Positions 38,006-45,321 of a stretch of 64,000 nucleotides of DNA are shown one piece after another. The notes beneath the pieces are model-generated. The model was not told the DNA's origin. It did not search any database and saw only the letters and a list, made by a program, of their open reading frames with translations. Source of the DNA: Pseudomonas phage HPP-Temi. The position numbers were made by a program, and so were the translations under genes. Each line of letters opens with the position of its first letter. Position 1 is the stretch's first letter. The stretch lies in sequence record PP968062.1. The stretch is one strand, 5' to 3'.

Positions 38006-38638
38006 TTACGCGGCTACCTGAGTGTAGGCCAAAGCATTACACTTCGGCTTACTCGGAGAGACCTCACTGAAGAACATCACGCGATCGTTGATGTACTCGC
38101 GGGCCAGTTCTTCAGATTCGAAGAACATACCCATGGACAGTTTATCTTTCGCATCTTCCATTGCAACCGGCGTACCACGTGCTTCGATCACCACAGACCA
38201 GACACGACCACCGGTATCCATTACGGTTACCAGATGGAAGAAGATCTTGGTCGGATTAGGTAGAGCAGCGGTAGCGGGTTTGGACCACTCCGTTACAGTA
38301 CCCAGGGCCTGGACGGTCATGTCAGCAGTATTGCGCTGATGCATCCAACCTTCCACAGTCGGTACACCGTTTTTCAGGACGATGATATCATACCAGCTCG
38401 CGTTGTTACGTACGACACATCGTTCGTATTTACCACCGGCATTGACGTTACCCATGATCAACACATCGTGAAGCGGAACTTCGATGTGAGTGATCTTGGA
38501 GGTGTAATCAGGAATCAGACGATCATCGACTTTCACCCAGTTAGCTGCACGAGGATGCGCCAGTGTAGCACGAACAACGCCTTTGACAGCTTGTTCTTTG
38601 AGAGCAGCCATTACCAGAACTGCTTGAACGACGTCCAT
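38006..38638 (-). CDS. Hypothetical protein (210 aa)
   Basis: ORF; no motif recognised. Confidence 0.5.
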   Translation of the reverse strand: MDVVQAVLVMAALKEQAVKGVVRATLAHPRAANWVKVDDRLIPDYTSKITHIEVPLHDVLIMGNVNAGGKYERCVVRNNASWYDIIVLKNGVPTVEGWMHQRNTADMTVQALGTVTEWSKPATAALPNPTKIFFHLVTVMDTGGRVWSVVIEARGTPVAMEDAKDKLSMGMFFESEELAREYINDRVMFFSEVSPSKPKCNALAYTQVAA

Positions 38639-38822
38639 AATTACTCCTTAATGCATGTTTTCTATTTTGACAATATCCCACTGTGACAATTCAGTGTCAC
38701 GGTAGAACATTTGAAGTGCATCATCGATTCCCATTTGAGAGGGAGCCTCCCAGACGGTACCATTGTAACACGTGATTTTCCAGAGCATGACTACTCCATG
38801 TTAAAAGTTCTTAGGGGGCGAA

Positions 38823-40004
38823 TTATTTGATAACAACCGCTTCCGAGAGAGTTTCCATACTACCGATAACCAGTTTGGATTTCTCTTCATCGGGTTCTTC
38901 CATTGCTTCACGCAGGAGTTCACCGATAGTTTTGGGTTGAACGTCATCGCTGATTTCACGAGAACATGCCGAGTCTTCGAACATGTCGGTCATCCCGAAG
39001 TCGTCATCAAAACCAGAGTCGTAGTACGAGTCTTCCATGGAGTAACTCGATTCATCGGAAGAGTCCGAAGACTCACCGTACATCTCGTCGAAGTCATGTT
39101 CCATTTCTTTCTCGTACATCTCGCTCATCGCTTTGTTATCTTCTTCCTGTGCTTTACGACGAGAAGTCTTGTAGAACGGCAGCAGGCGTTGCAGGACTTT
39201 ATGGAACTTCTTCTTGTTGATCAACCAGCTACTGGAATAACGAGACAGTTTTACTTCAGCTGCCTTGATAGTCGGATCAGCATACATCGCTGCTATCAAT
39301 TTCTCCAGATCGTACAGATGATCCTTCGAAGGGTTGGTATACGCGGGATGCTCTTGGAGAGCGAACATCACGAACGTACGCATGTCAGTGATGAAGTACT
39401 GGTTGTGGTGCTTGTTGATCTCGACGTAGACCGGATCGGTATGACGATGGTAGTCGAACTCTTCAGCCCATGTCAGGTTGCGAACCTTAGTGGGACGAGG
39501 ACCTTCTACCCAACGAACAGTCGGATGTTTCTCACGGATGTTCCAACCATGCATGCGGTCGTATTCAGTCGGTTCTTCTTTGAACCAGGTGAAGTTACCT
39601 TCGCCACGTTCGAGGATCTTTTTACACCAGCTAATGTTGATGCTGTACTTGCGTCCTTCGATCAAGTTGCAGGGTTTATCCAGAACAGCGACATAGCTGT
39701 CATGACCATTGGCCACGATACCAAGAACGGTAGCTTCGAAGGTTTCATAACGCTGACCGGGATACACGCGTTCATTTTCGTCCAGGAAACGGAGAGAACA
39801 GGACTCGAAGATTGCACGGGTACCAGCAGGGAAATGAGCGCGGCCGAAGGGGCTCTCGGCTTTACGTTCCTTGCGACGTTCGATAACCCATTCCAGTTTT
39901 TCTTTGGTCAGACGGGTGGTGGGTTCGCGATATTGTTTCATGGTAATTTCCTTTTTACATTTGGGTTTAGTTGAGTACATCTCAATGCATCCTTTCCAAG
40001 ACAC
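38823..40004 (-). CDS. Hypothetical protein (393 aa) with acidic Ser/Asp/Glu-rich C-terminal tail
   Basis: C-terminus ESSDSSDESSYSMEDSYYDSGFDDDFGMTDMFEDS. The + strand ORF 38937..39974 is antisense. Confidence 0.5.
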   Translation of the reverse strand: MSWKGCIEMYSTKPKCKKEITMKQYREPTTRLTKEKLEWVIERRKERKAESPFGRAHFPAGTRAIFESCSLRFLDENERVYPGQRYETFEATVLGIVANGHDSYVAVLDKPCNLIEGRKYSINISWCKKILERGEGNFTWFKEEPTEYDRMHGWNIREKHPTVRWVEGPRPTKVRNLTWAEEFDYHRHTDPVYVEINKHHNQYFITDMRTFVMFALQEHPAYTNPSKDHLYDLEKLIAAMYADPTIKAAEVKLSRYSSSWLINKKKFHKVLQRLLPFYKTSRRKAQEEDNKAMSEMYEKEMEHDFDEMYGESSDSSDESSYSMEDSYYDSGFDDDFGMTDMFEDSACSREISDDVQPKTIGELLREAMEEPDEEKSKLVIGSMETLSEAVVIK

Positions 40005-40036
40005 ATTGAGATGGGGTCTCCGAAGAGACCCATCTA

Positions 40037-40639
40037 TTATTCCTGGGTCAGTTCCCCAAGACGACCTTCAGCTTTCATACGGCGGATCTCCGAAATGGAC
40101 TTACCGTATTTTGCAGCCAGTTCCTTTACGGTGCCTTCAGGGGCAGGTTTACTCATGTTGCGAAAGTTTTGCTTGGCGATGTTGTAGTTTTGAGCCTGAA
40201 GAGTTCTCAGCTCAGAACGAACCAAAGCATTGCCAATGCACTGAGAGGTGAAAGTGACCATGAAAGACTTCAGCTTATCACGGTACGTATTGACCCATGC
40301 ACAGGATTCATCCACGTGCGTGCACATGTACTCGGCGGCTTTGGCATATTCCAACAAGCCGACTGCATCTGGTCCAACATCCTGGTAAACCATTTTGTTG
40401 AAAAGGCCCAGTGCGATATCAGATGCACGTTCAGCTGTAATGAAATCGATTGCATCATTAATGATCAACGTTTCCAGATCTTTGAACTTAACCGCATCGT
40501 TTTTGATCAACGCCAGCATAGCGTCAACCTTTACGGTCAACATCATGTCTTCATTACGACGATTGACCAGTTCATTGGTCTGCTCTTGGGTGAACACATG
40601 GTCCACGTTTTGGAAGACTTTCGACAGACGACTATCCAT
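40037..40639 (-). CDS. Hypothetical protein (200 aa) with C-terminal helix-turn-helix resembling sigma region 4
   Basis: C-terminus GTVKELAAKYGKSISEIRRMKAEGRLGEL resembles the sigma-70 region 4 / HTH pattern. Confidence 0.4.
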   Translation of the reverse strand: MDSRLSKVFQNVDHVFTQEQTNELVNRRNEDMMLTVKVDAMLALIKNDAVKFKDLETLIINDAIDFITAERASDIALGLFNKMVYQDVGPDAVGLLEYAKAAEYMCTHVDESCAWVNTYRDKLKSFMVTFTSQCIGNALVRSELRTLQAQNYNIAKQNFRNMSKPAPEGTVKELAAKYGKSISEIRRMKAEGRLGELTQE

Positions 40640-40812
40640 TTATTTATCCTCATTTACAGTGAATGCAAACATAGTACATTTCGGTTTAGCCGGATGTTGA
40701 CACCATTCCTTCGAAACCTTACCATCGGGTTTGGTCAGTTCATAATAGAACTCACCGCAAGCAGCAGCGAGTCCCATCAGAACTGCAAGAAAACCTACAC
40801 CTATTTTGGTTT

Positions 40813-41199
40813 TCACTTAGCGATGATCCGTTGTACGAAATGTTGGAGATTTGCAACCAGCCGATCGAACTCTTCCTCGGTCAGCTGATCACGATGAGAT
40901 TCCAGAAGTACTTCTACCTCCGGAAGAACGTTCAGAGCGATGTCCAGCTGGATACGCGAAATGAACTCTGCGACATCCAGTTCACGATCACGCCTGAGCC
41001 GATTCACCAACTTGCGATGTTGATCACTATTACGGTAGGCCGAGATCTTATCGATCAGGATGTCCGATATACTGCTTTCGATCTGCTGTACTTCGGTCGG
41101 ACCTTCTTCCTTGTAGGCTGCTTTTACCGCCAGAACAGCTGCTACTGCGGTAGAGGCAACAGCGACTGCAATGAGACCATACTTGATGTAGTTTTCCAT
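40813..41199 (-). CDS. Single-pass membrane protein (128 aa; N-terminal TM + helical domain)
   Basis: N-terminal GLIAVAVASTAVAAVLAV, then a charged helical region. Confidence 0.45.
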   Translation of the reverse strand: MENYIKYGLIAVAVASTAVAAVLAVKAAYKEEGPTEVQQIESSISDILIDKISAYRNSDQHRKLVNRLRRDRELDVAEFISRIQLDIALNVLPEVEVLLESHRDQLTEEEFDRLVANLQHFVQRIIAK

Positions 41200-41204
41200 G
41201 ATAT

Positions 41205-41531
41205 TTACTCCCAGCCCATTTCGGCTTTGAATTCATCAACGCGGGTATCAACGATGGCTTTATATTCGCCATCGCTATCACGCATCTCTAGTGCCATCTT
41301 GATACGAAGGCCCAGCAGGCGTCGTGAGAAATCCCTGCGCACCTTGAACTCTTGTTCACTTTCAGCGTTGATGCGAGTAATTTCGAAGAGAGCCTCCAGC
41401 TTCTTCGAGAACTCGTTGAAGTAGATCTTGTCCGTGACTTTCTGAGCCAGGATATCTACACCGATCATGATACCAGCTACGGCGAAACCAATGCCAACAC
41501 CGATCGCTACTTCTTTGAGAGTCTGGTTCAT
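41205..41531 (-). CDS. Single-pass membrane protein (about 108 aa from MNQTLKEVAIGVGIGFAVAGIMIGV...); same architecture as 40813..41199
   Basis: The internal Met at 41531 gives an N-terminal TM + helical domain. The longer ORF-track N-terminus (from 41690) overlaps a small upstream ORF. Confidence 0.4.
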   Translation of the reverse strand: MNQTLKEVAIGVGIGFAVAGIMIGVDILAQKVTDKIYFNEFSKKLEALFEITRINAESEQEFKVRRDFSRRLLGLRIKMALEMRDSDGEYKAIVDTRVDEFKAEMGWE

Positions 41532-41568
41532 TTTATATTTTCCTATTTTCGAATTTGGGGGATATTGC

Positions 41569-41721
41569 TTAACGCAGTTCAGCTTTGGGCTTTGCAGCTT
41601 CTTCCTTAGCTTTACGACGTTCTTCCAGCCAGTTGTTGTGGTACATGGCAACGCCAGCGAAGCCAACAACGGCGACGGCGATAAGGCCAAGTTCCAATGC
41701 GTTTTCTTTAATGAAGCTCAT
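41569..41721 (-). CDS. Small single-TM peptide (50 aa), not in ORF track
   Basis: Manual translation: MSFIKENALELGLIAVAVVGFAGVAMYHNNWLEERRKAKEEAAKPKAELR. Cognate stop TAA at 41569-41571. Confidence 0.35.
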   Translation of the reverse strand: MSFIKENALELGLIAVAVVGFAGVAMYHNNWLEERRKAKEEAAKPKAELR

Positions 41722-41726
41722 GGTGA

Positions 41727-42068
41727 TTATCCCTTCAGAGTGCTGTCGGCATTGAAGACATCGGGACCAACCGAGAGACTTCCCAGAAGATCCGGCGCGA
41801 GGTATACGGAGTTGAGAGTTTCGTAAACACCGGCAACGGCATCTACTTTGACCAGACTAGAACTACGCAGGGAAACCCACTCACCGTTGCGATAGGTTTC
41901 ACCGACCAGTACACGAACGTCATCGACGTCGTTACGGTGTGGCCACAGTACCTTGCCTTCCACCACTTCTACGTTACGTGCATGGTAGACCAGTTTACCG
42001 TTCATGCGCGCAACGATGTTCGGACGCTGAAGATCATCGATAACTTTAACAGCGACTGCCTTTTCCAT
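41727..42068 (-). CDS. Hypothetical protein (113 aa)
   Basis: ORF; no TM. Confidence 0.45.
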   Translation of the reverse strand: MEKAVAVKVIDDLQRPNIVARMNGKLVYHARNVEVVEGKVLWPHRNDVDDVRVLVGETYRNGEWVSLRSSSLVKVDAVAGVYETLNSVYLAPDLLGSLSVGPDVFNADSTLKG

Positions 42069-42079
42069 TTTGTATCTCC

Positions 42080-42235
42080 TTATTTAGTTACAAGCATTTC
42101 TTGGCCATTCGGCCCGATACGATGACCGAGGATAACCTCGGATTCTTTTTCAACTTTCGGAGCTTCATAGGAACCACCGTAAACAACAGCAGCACCCAGA
42201 ACCATACCAACCAGAATCATTACGATAGCTTTCAT
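42080..42235 (-). CDS. Small secreted/membrane peptide (51 aa), not in ORF track
   Basis: Manual translation: MKAIVMILVGMVLGAAVVYGGSYEAPKVEKESEVILGHRIGPNGQEMLVTK. Signal-peptide-like N-terminus; sits directly downstream of promoter motif 42267-42303. Confidence 0.35.
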   Translation of the reverse strand: MKAIVMILVGMVLGAAVVYGGSYEAPKVEKESEVILGHRIGPNGQEMLVTK

Positions 42236-42266
42236 GTTGAGTTTCCTTCTCAGAATAGGGGTTTAT

Positions 42267-42303
42267 CACATTTGTAATATACGTTTCAAATGGATTAAAA
42301 TGT
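42267..42303 (-). promoter_or_regulatory. Candidate early-type promoter (gene strand: CATTTTAATCCATTTGAAACGTATATTACAAATGTG)
   Basis: TTTGAAA-N2-TATATTACA motif, 30-70 nt upstream of the small ORF start at 42235. Confidence 0.45.
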
Positions 42304-42326
42304 ACATTCGAATGAGATAAAGGAAA

Positions 42327-42342
42327 GGGCTCCTAAGAGCCC
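42327..42342 (-). terminator. Hairpin GGGCTC ctaa GAGCCC after the stop of 42349..42630
   Basis: Short GC stem immediately after the stop codon, followed on the minus strand by CTTTCCTTTATCTC. Confidence 0.4.
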
Positions 42343-42348
42343 ATCCAG

Positions 42349-42630
42349 TTACAGCTTGTTGAGGAACTTGCGGATCTCTTCACGCAGCTCGCGCAGAGTT
42401 GCGGTCATGAGGATCTTTTCTTCTGCATCGCTGATCAGCCTTTCAGCCAGCCCTTCCAGTTCGATCTTGCGTTCGTCACTGGTGTAATGAGTCGGCAGAC
42501 GATCGTTTGCATCGCGCAGTTGTTGCAGAATTTCTTCCGCGGTGTTTTCGTCGGTCCAGGTGATAGCGATCATAGAGAGAACGCCACCGATGAGAACGCA
42601 GCCGAGACCTTTAGCGATATTGGAAAACAT
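42349..42630 (-). CDS. Single-pass membrane protein (93 aa)
   Basis: N-terminal TM GLGCVLIGGVLSMIAITW + helical domain. Confidence 0.45.
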   Translation of the reverse strand: MFSNIAKGLGCVLIGGVLSMIAITWTDENTAEEILQQLRDANDRLPTHYTSDERKIELEGLAERLISDAEEKILMTATLRELREEIRKFLNKL

Positions 42631-42658
42631 GGTAAATCCTTACAGTTGGAAGTATATG

Positions 42659-42859
42659 TTAAGAGGTTGCTTCTTCGGGAGTAGCTTCGGTCGGTTCCGA
42701 TTCCGGAGTAGCGGGCGCTTCGGTTTCAGCCTCGGGTTCTGTGGCGGGGGTTTCAGCTTCCACCGGTTCCGCAGACAGGGTATCATACAACTTGTAAGCA
42801 GCGGTACCCAGAGCGAGGACAGCTGCAACAGCACCAGAGGCGATCAGAATCTTTTTCAT
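42659..42859 (-). CDS. Small single-TM protein with acidic E/P/T/A-repeat tail (66 aa)
   Basis: MKKILIASGAVAAVLALGTAAY..., then EPVEAETPATEPEAETEAPATPESEPTEATPEEATS. Confidence 0.45.
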   Translation of the reverse strand: MKKILIASGAVAAVLALGTAAYKLYDTLSAEPVEAETPATEPEAETEAPATPESEPTEATPEEATS

Positions 42860-42873
42860 GGGCGGTTTTCCTT

Positions 42874-43203
42874 TTAAGGCAGGTCTTTGTATATGACCTG
42901 TTTGATGTAATGGTCGATCCGCGGTTCAGCGGTCTTCCTGATTGGTTCGTATTCCTTGGAGAGGATTACGGTTACTTCCTCCCAACAAGCATCACGTAAT
43001 AACTCGTAACGCTTCTCGGGAGTTCCAACAAGGTACTGGCTCCTACGGAGCAAGACACAGTGATAGCTATCAATAATCTTACCAGCATCATTAACAACCT
43101 TGTTCACCATGTCGATATGGCGCTGCATCAGATAGGCAGTTCCAGCACAACAGGCTACAACCACGCCAGTCACTACAGCGCCGATGACGTAGACGGTTCT
43201 CAC
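42874..43203 (-). CDS. Single-pass membrane protein (109 aa), apparent GTG start overlapping the upstream stop
   Basis: N-terminal TM VIGAVVTGVVVACCAGTAYL. The rev-comp of 43201-43203 is GTG, inside a GTGA overlap. Confidence 0.4.
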   Translation of the reverse strand: MRTVYVIGAVVTGVVVACCAGTAYLMQRHIDMVNKVVNDAGKIIDSYHCVLLRRSQYLVGTPEKRYELLRDACWEEVTVILSKEYEPIRKTAEPRIDHYIKQVIYKDLP

Positions 43204-43295
43204 GAACCTACTACTTCGTCGTAGATGGCACCTGCAATGTTCATTGCCATGATACCAACGGTTACCACGAAGACGGTCTTGAAGAGAGTGTTCAT
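43200..43295 (-). CDS. Tiny hydrophobic peptide (31 aa), not in ORF track
   Basis: Manual translation: MNTLFKTVFVVTVGIMAMNIAGAIYDEVVGS. ATGA overlap with the upstream peptide gene. Confidence 0.3.
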   Translation of the reverse strand: MNTLFKTVFVVTVGIMAMNIAGAIYDEVVGS

Positions 43296-43402
43296 ACTTG
43301 TTCTCCTTGAGCAGCGTTGAAGACTTCGTCTACAGCCCAGCAGGCAGCGTTGACGACGATGATGCAAGCAGCGAGTTTAACACAGAAACGTGCAAGGTCC
43401 AT
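43292..43402 (-). CDS. Tiny hydrophobic peptide (36 aa), not in ORF track
   Basis: Manual translation: MDLARFCVKLAACIIVVNAACWAVDEVFNAAQGEQV. Start about 35 nt downstream of promoter motif 43436-43469. Confidence 0.3.
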   Translation of the reverse strand: MDLARFCVKLAACIIVVNAACWAVDEVFNAAQGEQV

Positions 43403-43435
43403 GGTGAATCTCCTTGATTTGATTGGCTATTATCA

Positions 43436-43469
43436 CACTTGTAATATAGCCTTTAAATTGGTTTGAATG
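43436..43469 (-). promoter_or_regulatory. Candidate early-type promoter (gene strand: CATTCAAACCAATTTAAAGGCTATATTACAAGTG)
   Basis: TTTAAA-N2-CTATATTACAAG; best match to the window consensus. Confidence 0.45.
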
Positions 43470-43476
43470 TAATCGG

Positions 43477-43911
43477 TTAAACTACCGACTTGCGGGTAAT
43501 GCGTTCGATCAGGTTCTGATCAGTGATGAAGTGACCCAGTACACGACCGATGATATCATCGGCCATGTGTTCGTTGTGGATGTTCACATCAGTGCACAGG
43601 TTGTTGATCAGGCCAGCTTGGCGCTGAAGACCTTGAGTGTTAGCGATGGACTTCTTGCGATATTCCTTGATCACTTCAACGAACTGACGTTCACCGGTAA
43701 TGAAGCGACTGTTCAGACTGGAATAACGCAGGATGTTTTCCATCTTGCCGATCATGTTGTCCATGGTCGACATGTGCCACTTCCAGATATCGGACTTGAT
43801 ATCCTTGGCCAGTTCACGTTGATGGTTCATGTAGATGGCATAAGACATGTAAGCGATGAAGGCGATTACACTCAGGGCTACGATTACGTTGATTGCGATA
43901 TTCATTTTCAA
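43477..43911 (-). CDS. Single-pass membrane protein (144 aa)
   Basis: N-terminal TM NIAINVIVALSVIAFIAYMSYAIYM. Confidence 0.45.
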   Translation of the reverse strand: MKMNIAINVIVALSVIAFIAYMSYAIYMNHQRELAKDIKSDIWKWHMSTMDNMIGKMENILRYSSLNSRFITGERQFVEVIKEYRKKSIANTQGLQRQAGLINNLCTDVNIHNEHMADDIIGRVLGHFITDQNLIERITRKSVV

Positions 43912-43978
43912 TTTCCTTTTGGGTTGGAGTGAAGCGACATAAAGCCCTGATCGGAATGACCAGGACTTTTAAGTTTGG

Positions 43979-44452
43979 TTAAGCAAGGGCCGCCATCCAG
44001 GGCGGTACAACGACCACCATCTCGTTTGGGATATGACCGCTGAATAGTTCTAATGCTTGTTTCACATCAGGCCATTTCAACATGCCGTTTCCGCAACCGA
44101 GCGGGGGTACAACGATCTTCCACTTAGGGTCGATCCCATCTTCTACATCAATGTTGTCGACGATCCATTGAAGACCGTCATTGATGTAGCTTAACTGTGA
44201 ATCATCTTGCCACCGATCTTTAGTCGGGAACATCATGTAACGTTTACCATCATCACCTAGATAGATGGCTGGGTTACCGATTGTGATGATACGGTACTTG
44301 CAGTCATGCTTGTACTTCTGATACAGCTCGGGGAACTTATCGCGAAACCTCTCGGCTAGACCAGTTCCCATTACGCCTCGGGTGTTAACAGTGATAAGGT
44401 AAAGATCCCCAGGCTCTTTAAAGATGTCTTTACCTATTACGAATTCAGCCAT
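43979..44452 (-). CDS. Macrodomain protein, TARG1/OARD1/DarG-like (putative ADP-ribosyl hydrolase; candidate anti-defence factor)
   Basis: LYLITVNTRGVMGTGLAERFRDKFPE parallels the TARG1 N-terminal motif (C-x-MGAGIA-x-x-FK-x-KF), and VVPPLGCGNGMLKWPDVKQALELF parallels the TARG1 region (MPRIGCGLDRLQWENV). Length 157 aa fits a stand-alone macrodomain. Confidence 0.6.
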   Translation of the reverse strand: MAEFVIGKDIFKEPGDLYLITVNTRGVMGTGLAERFRDKFPELYQKYKHDCKYRIITIGNPAIYLGDDGKRYMMFPTKDRWQDDSQLSYINDGLQWIVDNIDVEDGIDPKWKIVVPPLGCGNGMLKWPDVKQALELFSGHIPNEMVVVVPPWMAALA

Positions 44453-44521
44453 AGTGAATGGCTCCTTTGCCCTACAAAAATCTAATGGTCATGAGACCAC
44501 AACTCATCAGATTGTGCAAGA

Positions 44522-44686
44522 TTAGGCGAACTCGTTTACCGCCTTTTTTACTGCTATAGTTAGGGTAATTGCAGCGGTTATCATCGCGAGTCCAGCGGTT
44601 GCATATTGGAGCAGTTCACGGTTGTGCGCATACTCGCGTCTGGATTTCTCGTTGTCTTCGTGGGACTTTTTGTGATCGTAGAACAT
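44522..44686 (-). CDS. Small single-TM peptide (54 aa), not in ORF track
   Basis: Manual translation: MFYDHKKSHEDNEKSRREYAHNRELLQYATAGLAMITAAITLTIAVKKAVNEFA. Confidence 0.3.
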   Translation of the reverse strand: MFYDHKKSHEDNEKSRREYAHNRELLQYATAGLAMITAAITLTIAVKKAVNEFA

Positions 44687-44695
44687 GATGTATCC

Positions 44696-44839
44696 TTAGA
44701 GACCGTTAAAGATCAAAGTGAGAATCAAAGCAACTGCAAAGGTAGCGATTACGCCTTCGAGTGTAATCCAGCTCGGAGGTGTGTTGGGGTCATTACGCTT
44801 TTCACGGGGGAACATTTCTTCCTTAGCTTGTTCTTGCAT
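44696..44839 (-). CDS. Small single-TM peptide (47 aa), not in ORF track
   Basis: Manual translation: MQEQAKEEMFPREKRNDPNTPPSWITLEGVIATFAVALILTLIFNGL. About 30 nt downstream of promoter motif 44868-44900. Confidence 0.3.
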   Translation of the reverse strand: MQEQAKEEMFPREKRNDPNTPPSWITLEGVIATFAVALILTLIFNGL

Positions 44840-44846
44840 AAAGCAC

Positions 44847-45278
44847 CTAATAGAACTGGTTTATTCCCTCTTGTGATATAGGGTTTAAAATGCTTTGAAT
44901 GCAAGGTGGACATTCACGCAGTTCTATAATCAACGCTTCTATGTTACCTTCTTCATTACAATACGTTTGTACATTAGTTATTTCCCCATTTAGACTATTG
45001 AATGCTAGCCTGTGGTGATGATACAGATCTCTGAAGTGCCCTTCAAAGTAACTAGCCGATACCGGATAACGCTGGAGTTCCATTAGGATGTATTGATAAC
45101 CCTTATTGAACTCTTGGGCATTATGGTTGTAAATGAAGTTGTGTTGCAGTTTGATGTATTCAGTTGCCAAAGAGTACAGATGGTTTATTACATCCATGTT
45201 GAGGTCAATGAACCCCTTTAAAGATCCAATATAGTTGTATGACCATACGTGGTCAATACGAAAGAGCACGTTCTGCAT
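44847..45278 (-). CDS. Hypothetical protein (143 aa)
   Basis: ORF; His/Tyr/Asn-rich; preceded by terminator hairpin 45300-45321. Confidence 0.45.
   Translation of the reverse strand: MQNVLFRIDHVWSYNYIGSLKGFIDLNMDVINHLYSLATEYIKLQHNFIYNHNAQEFNKGYQYILMELQRYPVSASYFEGHFRDLYHHHRLAFNSLNGEITNVQTYCNEEGNIEALIIELRECPPCIQSILNPISQEGINQFY
44868..44900 (-). promoter_or_regulatory. Candidate early-type promoter (gene strand: GCATTCAAAGCATTTTAAACCCTATATCACAAGAG), embedded in the 3' end of ORF 44847..45278
   Basis: TTTTAAA-N3-CTATATCACAAG motif. Confidence 0.4.
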
Positions 45279-45299
45279 ATGGTCCTACCTAAATAAAAA

Positions 45300-45321
45300 C
45301 CCACCCCAATTAAGGGGTGGG
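45300..45321 (-). terminator. Rho-independent terminator (CCCACCCC aattaa GGGGTGGG, with a U-tract on the minus strand); stop codon of the upstream gene lies in the loop
   Basis: Perfect 8-bp stem; the preceding A-rich run gives TTTTTATTTAGG on the minus strand. Confidence 0.65.

Noticed and set aside
43936-43975. Possible hairpin AGCCCTGATCggaatGACCAGGACT after the macrodomain gene
   Set aside because: Stem has a mismatch and is only about 7 bp; too weak to call as a terminator, although it carries the CATAAAG left arm.
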